NCBI GenBank assembly: GCA_973895155.1 | Contig: OZ316898.1 | Coordinates: forward strand, 13,484,330-13,548,329 | Direction of reading: 5' to 3' | Source: Marsupella aquatica | Taxonomy: Eukaryota; Plantae; Marchantiophyta | Length of the DNA stretch: 64,000 bases | Part shown: piece after piece, positions 1-18,025 of the stretch | Position numbering within the stretch: position 1 is the first letter of the stretch | Layout: each line of letters opens with the position of its first letter | Program-made: the position numbers and the translations under genes | The notes under the pieces: model-generated | What the model was told of the DNA's origin: nothing | Database searches by the model: none | What the model saw: the letters and a program-made list of their open reading frames with translations, nothing else

Positions 1-2002
1 TTTGGCACAGGGGGAGAGAGCCAAACACACACTCCACAATTAATACAAAAGTGTCGTACGGGGTACCCTTATCCCAGGAGCCCACCAGCAACTACTCATC
101 TGTGTTGTGTACTCCCACGGAGGTTTGATCTGGATCGTTCAGTTAAATCTTGGACGGCTACGATGAGATAGTACAGTATCAACTTACAAGACGGGTTCCG
201 TAAGTCCTGTAGTTAGTAACGTGGGGCCGGACGCTCACGCCGTCGTACGGTAACCAGAGGTGTGACATTAATTCCCTGCGGTTAAGTTAGGCAGACCGTA
301 TCACGCCGTTTGTACGCTGCTCCTCTGTTTCTTCCCTTTCTTGTGTCCGTCGATTCCGTTCCGTCTCTCACGCTCTCACGCCATCCCTCGATTCCATCGA
401 TTGTCCACCACTACTGCGCCGGAAGCTCCGGGTGGCGGGGCCGATCCATCCACGTGGGCTCGGCCCTCCTACTCTCCTAGCCAGCCCTTTTTGTCCTGCT
501 CTCGTCCGCTCTTCTCGACGAAAGCACCTTTTTCGTCCTCCAGCTTTTCCCGTGAAATGTGAGAAGAATGAATGTGATTTCATGATTTCATCGTCGAGTC
601 GAATCTTGCAACTCCGCTCTCTGGTTGCCATCGCTCTCTGTGTTCTTTAATCGTTTTCCTTCCGTGGGATGAGGCGACTGAGGTGATGTGAGCGTTTTTC
701 TAATTGAATTCTACTGTGGACTCTTGAGGTGGGGACTCCGGGGAGGGAAAGAATGATTGATGAACTGTTTACTGTTTGCGAAACGGATGACTCGGATTGT
801 TGATGGTTTTGTTCCGTTGGATCATATCCTTCTTGCGTGGAGTTCTTCCGTCTCGTTTCCAAGCGGACGAGGGAAGGTGAGCATTCCTTGCGTCGTCAGT
901 GGAGCAGAAAGCTCCGTTGTTGGAGCTCCGGAGAGAATTGGTACATCTCTTCACAATTCTGCTACTTCTTCCGGCTCTAGAATTTGAGGTATTGTCACCT
1001 GTCTGAAAGTGCTTAACTCGATAGAAGGATCTCGAGGTGTAAAATTCGGTTTCAGGGGAGTGCTCGTGGAACCATTTTTTTGTGTGGCGTAGGCTTTGTA
1101 CCTGAAGTTTCAGTTGTTCTGTGTCTCTTTAACTGACGTGTCTATTGCCCACGGTATGATTTTGTCCGTCATACAGGGCAGACGGCAAGGACGGATGGGT
1201 CTCCGCAAGGCGGCAAGAGGAGACAAGAGATGGTTCTTAAGATCTTAAAATAGAGTCCAGTGAGAAGAAACCAAAACGAGAGGAGGAGCAGAGAAAGTGA
1301 AGGATGGTGTTTCTCGCTAGCGGGATTGTGCAACGACAGAAAGAAGCGGGCGTGGCGTTCTCTGTGCTTGGTAGCTGAAGGAACTAGGGAAGCGGATGCG
1401 TGGAGGAACTGAGTCGAAACAGATGTCGGTAGAGCGGTGTCAAAGGAGCCAAAACTTAAATGTGCAGGGTAGCCCCCTTGTTGTGTACGAAGCTGCAGTA
1501 GGTCGCGAAAGTAGGCTTAGGATTTCCCAAATAATGTAGAAAAGATGTGACTGATCCGCTGGTAAGGCACTTTCAATCAATTGCCGCGAAAGAATTTGTA
1601 TAGGCACGGAGCAAGCTTACGCTGGCGGAAGTGAGAGCCTTGACCGATAAATCGTTCCTGCGGCTGTCTTCAACACGTCCCAGTTTTCTGAATGGCGTCG
1701 ATGATTTGTATGCATCGACAGCGTCTCGCCTCTCTTGGGCAGCACCATTGAAGGAGAGATAAAGACTAGTCGACAAGAAATGAGGGAGGATTGGCTTTGC
1801 GAGACTGATTGAACTCAATGGCTCGAATTATGGTAGGAGTTGGATTGATGCAATATTCACCAGACCTGAAGACAGCTGAGGAGGACTTGAAGCGTAGATG
1901 AGATTGGATCAGCATGAAGTAGGGATGGTAGAGGCGGTGACCGTTTTTAAGGTAAGCGGATGAGGATCGAAGGGGAAGAAGAAGTGGAAGAAGAGGAAGA
2001 GG

Positions 2003-5000
2003 ATGACGATCGTCACCGGGGACAGATATTTGGAGCTGTTGTCGACTTTCATCGAGGAGAACACCGCTCAGCTGCTGGATGGAGTACTGCTCCTCAAGCT
2101 AAATCCTGTCGGATTGCATTATGTGCAAACGCGCTTGGAAGCGCTGGAAGAGCTGGAAGCTCTGCGAGTGGGAGCACCTGTGGATTATTTGCGGGCCTAC
2201 GTGGCTGATCTGGGAGATCATAGAGCACTCGAGCAGCTCCGCCGTGTTTTGCGCTTGTTGGGTTCTGTGAAGGTGGTGGCCATGGTCTCTGCGCCCTCTC
2301 GCGACCCGACGCCGATTACTTTGCTGCCTTTTTCCCGTCTGCGTTCCCTGGAGCTTCGAGGGTGTGATCTCTCCACTTCTGCTGCCCGTGGCCTACTCGA
2401 ATTGCGTCCCATTCTGGAAAAGCTCGTTTGCTACAATTCGGCCGTGAGACTCTCAACCTTTCTTGCCTTCCGCATCGCACCTGTAAGGCCTTATTTGTGC
2501 AACGCGGAAACCTTGAAACTGCAATGCGTTAATTGCTGAGGGAGTTCTTCCTTATCCAGACTGTCTGTAAATATATTGGCATCAGAACTTTTGACTTTGC
2601 TGGACTGATTTTGAATCTTCACCTTCAGTTCCATTGCATCGCTCGTCGTTACTGTACCTTTCGCTGGACTGTTGCATTTGAAGATTTTAAGAGAGGAAAA
2701 GCTGTCATACTGGAATGCGACACTAGCGGAGGGAGTTCTCTGTTCCTGACGTCTGCTGGAAATAGTGCCGTGCAGACTTTCAATGATGAACTACTGATCT
2801 CCAATCTAACTATTGAAATGCACCGTATGGCATTGGGTTTCACTTCTAGCTGGAGAATTTCATAAACGACGCAAGACGTGGAATGGTACTTACAGCCTCA
2901 GATTTAACTGGAACCTGTTTTTTTCAGGATGCATTGCGACACATCTTTTCGGAGCGGACCAAAGAAATGCAGGGTGCTCCAGTCTGGAGCCGCTTATCTG
3001 ATGTCTCGTGTTATGGCAATGGAATGCTGCTCATGGATGAATCATTACAGCTCTTGCCAGCCTTGGAGGCACTAGACCTCAGTAGAAATAGGTTTGCGAA
3101 AGTCGCCAATTTGCACAAGTGCTTGAAACTCAAGTATCTGGATGCGGGATATAATAACATCACGACCGTATCGTCGTTAAATAAGGTAAGCCTCTACGGA
3201 TGAGCATATCCGGCCCTTTGTTCGTTGGTTGGATAGACGATGAGCAATACATGAATCTGTTCATCCAGAACACACTTTTTGTATCTTGAAAATTTGGCGT
3301 ATACTGCCGAAGAAGATGAGGCTGACAACGAAACTACTCGGCGGTAAATTGTCGTTAAAATTGGGAGACTATCTTGTGACATTAGATGGGATGCCTCCAA
3401 TTATAAGTAAGCCAAGACAACCAAATGATGATGAGTCAGATTTCTGTATTGGTAGATGCGGCCGTTGTTTTCCGGGTGGTGATTCCTACCAGTGTTTTGC
3501 TGATTTGGTCTCGTACTTGCCCGATAGATTCTGCACCGCGTCAACAAGCTGGTTCTCAGAAACAATGCTTTGGTCAGCACTCGGGGGCTCCACAGGATTG
3601 CTTCTTTGGAGGCCCTTGATCTCTCGTACAACTTGATTTCCAATTTTCGTGAAGTCGAACTGCTAGGCGAGCTTCCTTCGCTTCGGTTACTGTGGCTTGA
3701 AGGCAATCCTTTGACATTCAGCACATGGTATCGGAGAGAAGCTCTGAGCTATTTCCCAGAGCCCATGAAGGTGTGTCCTGTGCTTCGAAACATTCTTGTC
3801 ATTGTTGTTCATTAGTTATTATTTGACAATTGTGGAGGTTGCTGCAATCAAAGAAGTCGGGGGTTTGAAATTTGCTGAACATTTCTGGACATCGGGCAGC
3901 TTGTTCTTGACGGGAGGCGAACCTCCATGTGGGAAAGCTGTGCGGCAAGGAGGATTGCAACCCGTAGACTCAAGCAGAGGAGCAAGTATGGGGCTTTCAC
4001 GCCTGCTCAGACTTGCGAATCATCGGACTTTTTGCCACAATTGAGTAGTTTTAAAGAGATTGACGACGCGACGAACAGAGACGAGAGCAGCAATGGCGCA
4101 GGGTCGTCATCAGGGTCTACAGCATTACGACCGAGGGTGAATATCTCACAGTCCACAATATCTTGTGCCTGCTTTTGTATTTCTCAATTTTTCTTAATTG
4201 AATGCCTTCATAACGTGCAGGTCATTTTGTAGAGAAGCTTCATACCTGACTTGCCCAACGTTAAGATTATTTTGTTACTCAGTGTCCGAAAGCATTCCTT
4301 TGCCCGCTCCCACTGGCAGATGCATAGCGTTCTTGTTGGCCAATTGGCAGTACCTTGGGTGAGGCATGCGGTATTCTGGTGGTAATCCATCAACAGGCTT
4401 GCGAGTGTCTTTGATTGAAGAGTCTGGGACAGTTTTCTTACCTGAGGGCTGCTGCTTTTTGTGCAGAAGAAGAACTCAAGATTGGCTTCTATCACAGATG
4501 TCACTGAACTTAAGCGTTCTCCTAGACCCTTGGGGTCGCCAAGGGAAAGTTCTTTCAATTCTTCGGATAGCTTGGACTCAGAATCTCCTCTGCGTAACGT
4601 TGTAGAGAGTAAGGAAGAGATTGAAGAGACTGTCCAGGATTTAAGACAAAGAGCTGAACTGTTGAAGAGGGCAGGATCGAGCGGTTGGCTGAAGGAGTTG
4701 AATGCTTTGCTGGAGAGCGAAAGCAAAAGCAAGAAACAAATACTGGCAAAGAACGATACCAGCCCGCAAAGTCTATGGCAAAGGCGGAGGAGAAGGCGAA
4801 GCATGCGAAGGGGTAGCCTGGCGGAAGAAGTTACTAGCTCGGAGAAAGGTGATAAGGACAAAGAAAACCAGGAAACGGAAACTAGATTTCTTCGAGAAAG
4901 CGGTGTGAGACGGATGCGAAAAGATGCTCTCGCAAGATTTAAATCTGGTTACGCTGCAGATCATAAGTATCTCAATGCTGCTAACTTGAGTAGCTCTACT

Positions 5001-6407
5001 TCACTGGATGATCTACAAGGGCCCTTTGAGATCGCTGATGACCGACCTCTTGGTTCACCACATATTCTAAACCACTCAAGCGATGCAGGCGAGCTTGAAT
5101 CCGGAAAATTTAGACTTACTGAAGAACTTGTGACGGGAAAGATGCTGGCAAGTTCGTCTTCTTCTCCACCTCAATTTAATCAAGCTTTACTCCATCGGCG
5201 TCAGACTTTGGAAAGGGAGCTTCTGCTGCTGTCTGCTGAAGGGGAAATCTCTCAATTTGATGACAGTGATACCAGTAGCGGAACACTATACTCAAATTTT
5301 TCTGACAGTAGCGACAGTCCTATGCATAGTCCATCCACAGTCTGGCAGCCCTTCAGATTTGAGCATAATGATAAAAATGAGCGCTCATCTGCATCGGGTG
5401 AAAGAAGTGACAGCGACGATACTGACCAGGTGTGGAGTGACACTGGAGCACAAGGCGGTGAAGCTTCAGAAAGGGGTGGTCCCGATGTTAATAATTCAAT
5501 TGGTGTGGTCCACTCCGAGGAAGGGGCCGAACACGGTGGAAAGGTTGTGGCATCTATTGCTCACTCGGAAGAAATCAAGGAACCTGCTCCACACGATTTG
5601 ATACCCATGGTCGACCTTATAAAAGATAGAGAACGTGCAGTAGAAGGTCCTATGCATGTCCACACCACTGATTCGAAGGAAACTAGCGGGATAGGTACAC
5701 CGGTTGATGTCCTATCTGGTGGAATCAATACAACACAAGCCTTTCGCAAGGAAGGCAAAGAACAGGAGGCACATGAAGCATTAAGTGGACACGGTGCAAG
5801 CAGCAGCAGCAGTAGGTTCGAAGAAGGTATTCCCAAATTGCTAGGTAACATGGGTTCTGGGCAGGAGAACAGGGGACATATTGAGGAACGGGTGAACTTT
5901 CGCAGCACTAGTGTCTTTCAGCCTAAATCAAAATTCTCTCGCAGGATTGTACACCCGGATTTGGCGGGAGTCCCAAGGTCCTCAGGTTGGCCTTCTAGAG
6001 AGAGGTATGTATTGGCGAATGAAATCCACCGGGCATATTCGTTAGGTGTAGACGGAGTTTCTGGGCAGGTATTAGGGAGGCCTCTCAGTGTCTCTGTTCC
6101 GTTGTCAAAACCGTTTAACATCACAAGAAGCACTAGTGCTGATGGCGATCTAGAAAAACGAGAATGGTCGCGAAGTAGAAGCCAAACGGATGCTCTTGCT
6201 TCTCCATCTCTTCAGCAAGGGGAAAGCCAGGAAGCAGCAGACAGCGGTCTACCGAGTCATAGTCGAGAGTGCACCATGTCGTTGGGCCATTTGTGGGTCA
6301 GTGTGCTTGAAAAGAGGTTTTGCCCTCCTCCATCTTTTGTGGATTTCTTTGTGCTTTTGTTCTGCTCCGGCCTGTTTCAGGTCCAATATAGTTCATCACT
6401 ACGTTAG
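2003..6407 (+). CDS. STK11-interacting-protein-like LRR protein (plant 'outer arm dynein light chain 1' family); 3' end uncertain
   Basis: The N-terminus MTIVTGDRYL...LKLNPVGLHYVQ...GAPVDYLRAYVADLGDHRALEQLRR matches this plant family. LRR motifs include LEALDLSRNRF, LKYLDAGYNNI, LEALDLSYNLI and LWLEGNPL. In-frame GT-AG exons: 2003-2443, 2928-3185, 3528-3770, 3900-4136 and 4467-6316/6407. The last ~30 codons look intronic (possible donor AG|GT after 6316). Confidence 0.85.
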
Positions 6408-8204
6408 ACTTGTGACGCATTTTCAATTGTGTTTAATTTAAACATGCCGGGAACATAGCTTTTGTCAATGTAGTACTAGGATGTCCTGCACTGATATTGT
6501 GTAAGTTGCCCTAAAGAGAGTTTTTCTATAGGAGTAAATTCCCATTTCTCAAACTCAGTATTCGTGTACTCTTCATCAGGTGAATAATGAAGGCAAATCG
6601 CAACTAAGAGCGGGAGTCTGTCCCTTTCTAGCCTTCCTTATCTGTGTCGAGCAAATGTTGGAGACAGTTTGGTTGGAATTCGGAGAGGAGAAATTCGTAG
6701 TTAGCACAGAGTGAGTAGAAGGTTAGTGCAATTGAAATTATGGCCGACGGTTTGCGAGATTGAGTGATTCCTGAATCTTTGGAACCCGTTCGTTGGATTT
6801 CATTTGTTGAATAATCCTCTAATGGTAAGAGGCAATTGGTTCTAGCCAAATCGAGGTGGAAATTTGAGCAAATGTCTGTGTCTTTCTGCAGATATTCGTT
6901 TGCTCTGAAGACTTTGGCTGGCACACTAATTAGCTTGTTCATGTCAATAGGCCGAGGTAAAGTTTTTTGTGTGCGGATCTGCTTTAATAACATTGTTTGA
7001 GCTCACTCTATGAATACTGAACGGGATATTGAATACATGTAGTAATGTACGACAAATAATCTTCTTTAGAGTATCGAAGTGACATCTATGCCGATGTAGA
7101 TCTGTGGTTTAGAGGGAAATAGGTTGGTGTATGGAAAAAGTTGATTAGTTCCTTACGTTCAGGCAACAAGTCACGATTCCGTTTGTCTTCCAGACGTCCT
7201 GCTCTAATCGTCATCTGTTGTTGTGTTCACAGGCCGAAGTCCTCGAACGTGTTTACCTTATGTCATTCCTCCCTGGTTTCCTTGCCATTAGAAAAAACTA
7301 TCGTGAGGTAGTATGGACTACTGTGGCTCTAGTAAACAAGAATACGGCTAGAATTTCTGAACTGCAAGGGTTTTTGATGCACTACCACTCAAGACGAGAT
7401 ATGGGCAACAAGTAGAAAAAACCTACCGCAGGTGTCGACCTTCGGACCTCGAAGTATAGGACGGGCAAGTTTAACACGCCACTTATTTTGGCTTCAACAA
7501 AGAGAAAGGGACACAGTATATAACATTATCGAGCTAAATAGTAAGACCTGGGACTTTTTTTTGATTGCGGCCGTTAGTAAGGCATGGGACGTAACCTTGC
7601 GCATCACTTCTAATGAGGAAAGCCTCCAGATGGAAGGATCCTTGTTTCCAGAACATGTAGTTGTAAAGAAATTATTCTGAAAGAAGGAAAGCCGTATTTA
7701 TTGGTTGTGAATCTTCTTTCGGTATTTCGCAGAGAGTTTTAGGCACAACCAGATTGTGAAAGTAAGTATTTAGACCATCGAGTCGCCACATTTTCCTCTC
7801 CCCATTGTGGTAGATATTCGCTGGAATTGTTCTTGCAGTGTCCTACCTACCACTCAGGAACTACCCCCAGTGCTCTCGTGGGCAGCATTCTTGTGTGCTG
7901 GTCTGTATGAGCGGAGCTTCTTGCTCAGAAGGGTCAGTGAACCGTGTCCGTTATGCTAGGACCCTTTTTCATGCCAATTCCTTCTGCCAGTGCGTGCTCT
8001 GAAACGGAAATTGCCATGGGCCGATCGCAGGCCTGGTACGTGTTGGTTAGCTTGCACAAAGAGGCTCGCTGCATCGACTACTGCCAAAGAAAACCCTGAG
8101 AACTGAGATTTCCATGGGCCGGCTGCAGGCCTGGGTCGTTCGGATTAGGTTGCACAGAGGCTCGCTCGCTGCACTTACTACTGCCTTAAATACCTTGTTA
8201 CTAT

Positions 8205-8425
8205 ACATATACACATCTTCTGGCGCATGCATTTTCGGAGATTCGAACAATGACACCAGAAACCTCAATACTATACAACATCTTCTGGCGCATTCATATT
8301 CGGAGATTCGAACAAATGACGCCTGAAACCTCGATACTATACACATCTTCTCTCGCATCCATATTCGGAGATGCGGATACAAAACACACCTGAAACCTAC
8401 TATGCGGATGTTCTGGCGCAGTCGG
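8205..8425. repeat. Degenerate tandem repeat, ~65-bp unit, ~3 copies
   Basis: Recurrent acatcttctggcgca...ttcggagattcgaacaa...gaaacctc..tactatac. Confidence 0.8.
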
Positions 8426-8432
8426 TGCACTT

Positions 8433-8785
8433 ACTAGAGATTGGAATGAATGAGACCTGTGTGCTAGGGTTCCTGCTACGCATACTACAAAAAGCGCTGA
8501 AAGTGGTAGCATACTACAAAAAGCGCTGAAAGTGGCAGTCAGGAGATAGTAACAGGACGTGGGTCATTTACTATTTCCCAGAGATTGGAAAGAATGAGAC
8601 TGTGCTTCGATCCCTTCTACGCCATACTACAAAATATGCTGAAAGTGGCAGTCAGGAAATTGTAACAAGAGGTGGGGCATTTACCAGAGATTGGAACGAC
8701 TGAGACCTGTGAGCTATGGTCCCTGCTACGCCAAACAGAAGCGCTGAAAGTGGCAGTCAGTTAATTGTAACAGGCGGTGGCCCCA
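8433..8785. repeat. Degenerate tandem repeat, ~110-145-bp unit, 3 copies
   Basis: Recurrent agagattggaa..tgagac(c)tgtg...ctacg...gctgaaagtggcagtcag...gtaaca. Confidence 0.85.
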
Positions 8786-9928
8786 CAAATTGCTAAGCCA
8801 GAACTTAAAACCATGAAAATGGCAGCCATAATCTATTTCTGTTATCTCCGTCTAGAACAGGTACTGCTTATGTTTTGATGGAATTCATAAGGGTAAATTC
8901 TTCTGATATGTCATGTATTTAAAATTTGAAAGAGCCCCTTCCAAACTTTTGAGAATCCCTTTTTATTTTGGTGCAAATCAACCCATCATGGCAACCTTTA
9001 ACTTTGATTTGGGACTAAAGCTCCTTTAATATCTAGTTTTGTGTTTACATTCGCACCCTAAACAATCAGTTCCAATTTCGTCGGTCAAAAAAGGGCAGAC
9101 GCCCCCACGTCTTGTATTGTCACCGAGATACAGCTTTGGTGGAAAAAAGTAAGGAGTGCCCCCCCACGTGTTGTTAAGTCAACCTGATACACACATGGAA
9201 GTGTCGTCATACATGTCCAGTTCTGTGGCAGCAGAAGGAAACGCTCTTCGCAGCGTTCTTTGCTTGTTTCCGATGCCCATTGAAACCATTGCTCCGTTGC
9301 TCCAATCCGTTTGAGCGCCAGAAATAGTCCAATGAGAAGTGCCGTCACGGTGACCTGGAAGTGTCCCTCAAAGGCATTTTCTGATTATGATGCGGAGATT
9401 GAGAGAAACTTTAGCTAGGAACTGTCCACTTATCTTGAATTTCTAGATTTGGGAAGTACATAGTCAACTCCTAGAGATAAAACGTAACCCATCTTCCCAG
9501 ACAAAGATAGCAGTACAAATCGAATTAATTTTAGATGCAACTATATCAGAGGCTTGAGTAGAACAATTCATCTTGCATGAAAAGGTTTCTCGTTATCGTG
9601 TCTCAGATCCATCCAGAGAGAGACAACTGCTTAGAATCAATTGCACATTGGCAAGACCATACACACAGCATTGTGGAAACCTAGAGAACAAGCTGACTTT
9701 GTCAGCTCAGAAAAGACAGATGAGAGTAGAATTGACCCTTTTTGCCAAAGAATTAAGCGAGAGACCATTTACAACGCTCTCTCCGTGCTTGCCTAACCCG
9801 CACAAGCTTCGTAACAATTGAAGCAGACGATAACCGCCTAAACCTCCATTAACTCATAAAATTACTCTACTTCGCCCCCGCTGGGCCAAATAATGTTTTT
9901 CCAAAGTAACTTACACAAAAAGTGGCCA

Positions 9929-14069
<4,141 letters not shown>

Positions 14070-15119
14070 TTACTTCTTTCCTCGGTCCCAGACTTCACAA
14101 ATGGCACCAAGATCCGATCCTGCGCGAAGACAACGAAAGTGTCAGAGTAATGGAAGCGATGCCATCAATGGTCGTCTCTCCATACGATCGTCAAAAGATT
14201 CAGCTTCAGTCAGTTAAATAACCCACTTCGCCACAACCCCTAGCATTTGATCATTACGATGTAGTGCCCACAGATTCGGAAGCGACGATCACTAGGTACT
14301 GTCCTGCCACTTGATCCGCTGGCGTTTTCCACCGATAAACAGTTTTTGGAAACCTTTTGACGCAAAGGAGAAATTCAGATCGGAAAATTCTGCTCCAGTT
14401 AAATCAGTCCTGCGACTCTTCTCCAAATTCATCTCCGCACACATTCATCCATCCTTGGCTATCCAACTCTCACTCTACAGTACTAGTTCATCAGATCTCT
14501 TCAAATATCCTTCCAATTTTTAGAACGAATTTCAGAGAACAATAGAAGTCAAAGCCTCCAAAATGCGTTCGGATTGGAGGCACTAGACGAGGTGAGCTTC
14601 ACGTCTATGCACACACTTCATTCAAATGAGGCCAAGCGAGAAGACCCCAGGACCAAGAAAGATCAATCGATTCAGTGCAGTACGGGACTTTCTCACCCGT
14701 ACCTCAATCTCGGAAACACACACTATGCATTTTTTTCTCCTCCAAGAGAGAGCGTGATACTCAACACCATCCAAGCAACACAAGAAGAACATCCTCACCT
14801 CCACATGTACCGAAACACCCGAAAAACTAGAAACAAACTGAGTGCGGGGGAGCGACAAACATTACCAGAGGCAGCAAAGGCTGGAAACTGAGAGGATGGC
14901 GGAGAGAAAGTGACTGACGACTGACCTGCAATCAATCAATGTGGCGCGGACGGAGAGTCGAGCAGGGAAAGGATCCACTCGCGCTTCCTTTCTACAGTAC
15001 TTTGCGAGGAGAGAGAAGCGAAAAGCCTGCGTGCGATGCACAGCAGCTACACGAGCAGCTGAGGCCTCATGACGAGTTCCGTCTTTTCTGCTGCAGAGTG
15101 GAGAATCATTGCTGTCTTC

Positions 15120-15210
15120 CTCTGTTCTCCTCCTCTGCGGCTCTGCTTCATTCCTCTGTTCTGTTCTGTTCTGCTCTGCTCTGTTTTCTGTTCGGCTCTG
15201 TTCTGTTCGA
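15120..15210. repeat. (TTCTG)n/(CAGAA)n-type microsatellite upstream of MTHFR
   Basis: ctctgttctgttctgttctgctctgctctgttttctgttcggctctgttctgttc. Confidence 0.8.
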
Positions 15211-15379
15211 TGGTCGCTGATCGGAAAATGGCCACGACGCTCGTTTAACGTACGTTGTCTCTCGCCGGCGAACAAATTGATTGCATCAATAATATACCGG
15301 ACTGCGTTCAAAGGGTCCAACGACGGAGGACAAAAAAGGAACAAATAGTTCTAGAGGAGACTCACGAGTTCATTTGCCA

Positions 15380-15720
15380 CTTTGGGTTTTTTTGGGGGTT
15401 TTGGGTTCCCTCCTTTTGGTTCCTCCTTTTGGTTCCCCCTTTTGTTGGGTCTCTTGCCTTTGGGAGATCTTGTCTCTTGGGTTCTTTTGTTTGTAAATTT
15501 GATGTATACTAGAGGTATTGGGTCTCTCACTCTCTTGCCTTTTGGAGATCCTGTCTCCCGAGGTTGGGCTTGTTCCTTCGTAAATTTGGTACGGAATAAA
15601 GGTTACCTGAGTGTATATAAAGAGCTATTGGGTCTCTTGCCTTTGGGAGATCCTGTCTCCTTAGGTTGGGCTCTTTTATTTGGTAAATTTGGTATGGAAT
15701 AAAGGTTACCCAAGTGTAAC
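15380..15720. repeat. Tandem ~100-bp repeat x3, member of the upstream purine-rich repeat family
   Basis: ttgggtctcttgcctttgggagatc(c)tgtctc...gtaaatttg occurs three times. Its reverse complement resembles 39311-39350. Confidence 0.8.
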
Positions 15721-17789
15721 CTTTTTTGGAGGTCCTTGTTATTTTCATATTCTCTTGTATGAAAATTCATGATACTTAATTATATTCTGGACTATATTTA
15801 CGTGCTATAATGACAGTCTGGGCTAAGGTACTAGAATGAACCTTGCTCTCAGAATGCTCATAAATATAGTCCAGAATATAAGGCCACTTGACCTGGGGCC
15901 CATTGCTTGTTTTTCTTCTCATTGAAATTAAATCTGGGCCATATAATGAGTGAAATGTCTGCACTTTACTTTACAAGAATTGGGGCCCATTGCTTTTATT
16001 CTTGTTGAGATTGAATGTACACGGTATAATGAATGGAATGTTCATCTGCATTTTTGTTTGACAACAACTGGGCCATTCAGGTACTGTGTCTACAAATGCT
16101 ACATGCCAAGCAATGTGCCTAAATGCTGACATGGGGTGCTTCTTTTGTCCATAATTTTAGACCAAAATATCTTGAAATGAAATTCAATGAATGCAATCCT
16201 GTGAATGAAGGAGTCACTGTTTGAAAATGTTTAGATCACTAGTAGAGGTGGTCTAAATTTCTATTCAATAAGTGCTCCACATTAGGTGTCAGTTTACAGA
16301 GAACAAAACTGAATTGGAATGGTCCTTTTCTGGGTGTATAGAGTCTGCCCAACCGGCCCTCCTTCCCTACAACACGAGAAAAAGAGTTTATGACCTCCAT
16401 ACCATCTTTGGGGACAACATTACTCAGTCTAACTGACATTTGGTGATCGTAAGCTACAATATGGAGCCTATGCCTGGGTCAGGAAATTTTTGGGGTGAGG
16501 CAACAGGTTGTGAAGGAAACCCTAGGCTAGTACTAAAAATAATGGCTTGCGCTTTTTCTATCAAATAAATGCAAACGTAACATAGGAAGTATTCTATGTT
16601 CTATCATTAGCAAGCTCCAGTTGAATGTTTGCTAGTTCTTTGCTTCCTAAGTTAATGGTAGAGTAGCTTCACTAGGGTAGCTGGCGAGCTAAATCATCCA
16701 GTAAGTTGATTAGACTTTGTGACCAGTACGTATTCTACTTTTGAGAGATACACCAGTAAACGAAAATCATTTGTTTGGTTTAAAAGGGATGGGCAACATG
16801 TCCGTCAACGAAACTCACTTTATTTGATTTAGGAAAGGTAAATGAAGAGTAGAGTTATTCGAAGTTGGTCATATGTCGGCTTTTTCAGCTCTGAATGAAA
16901 TTGCTCATACCAATCTATGAACGGACATAAAGAGTCTATGTGACTCTTAGCACACATATATGACAGTAGAAATGTGATAACATATGACGACATGTTGTAA
17001 AAGTTGGTTACTCCAGTCAATTCTGCATGGAAATCATATTAAATAAAAAATAATAAAGAGTACACTACCTGGCGATGACGGGGTCAGTTGAAGAGTTGTT
17101 GACAGCACGTTGAAGTTGTCATTTTAATCTACAGTAGAGAGAAATCATTTGCCTGAACTAAAAAGTGGTCTTTGGCCAGTCATGATTCATGCATTGAGGA
17201 AGAATCTTGTTCGTACTTTACTCTTTCAAAATACATTCCATTGCAAAAAGTAGAAAGCACGAGTGACTTTATACAGAGAAAAAACGTTCCAAATTAAAGA
17301 GCACTTATAAAAAATCACCAATCTGTGCACATCACGGGCTTCTCTAGTTCGCCTTGGAACTACCCATGCTCTACTTGAAGAGGACTTTCTTTCCTCTTTT
17401 GAGGACTTTATGGATTTAAAGTAATCCCTTCTAGCTTATAGGTTACCCATTGCATTCTGACATTTTAAAAATATGGTGGGGTTTGCGTTTTCAGCTGTTT
17501 TTGATTTTTTTTTAAACGAAACAAGCTGTTGCACGCTAGGGATAGATGAATTTCCAAATCGATGGGCATCACAGGCTGTAATTAACAGTACTAGCCTTGA
17601 CTACCCGTTCCTTGAACAGAAAGAGATGAGGACGAATAGGTAACTTGCACAAAAACCTATTCCTAGCTGTTTTGGTTCATCTTTTATTCTGTGTTTTGTG
17701 AGTTACAGTAGAGTCACGGTCTAGAGGCTTCACTCTAGACCCCGTAGGCCTTTGCAGTAGCTTCCGTTCGCAAATTATTATTAAGATGG

Positions 17790-18025
17790 TGAATGGTGAT
17801 CACGAGTGTGGGATTTGGCACCTAGATTTTTGGCTTGGCTTTCTCAGATTACTCTTTAAATACCTCTTTTACATTAAGACACAGAAATGATGATCAATGA
17901 GTGTGAGCTATAGGTTTGCCACCTAGATTTTTGGCTTTCTATGACAGGACTTTGACATAAGACACAGAACGGTGGTCACGAGTGTGGGCCCTAGACTTGG
18001 CACTTAGATTTTTTGCTTTCTCAGA
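17790..18025. repeat. Degenerate ~90-bp tandem repeat x3
   Basis: tga/gtcacgagtgtg...cacctagatttttggctttct...aagacacagaa recurs. Confidence 0.75.

Noticed and set aside
4208-4861. 217-aa antisense ORF and similar shadow ORFs (e.g. 21108-21569, 14862-15344)
   Set aside because: Explained by overlap with real CDSs or by microsatellite sequence
8205-8785. Repeat arrays resembling CRISPR (also 39640-39830)
   Set aside because: Whole units are repeated and degenerate, there are no unique spacers or cas genes, and the context is eukaryotic
16819-17130. Exon-like segments on the minus strand
   Set aside because: The implied intron is only ~45 nt, and the translations have stops and no recognisable family
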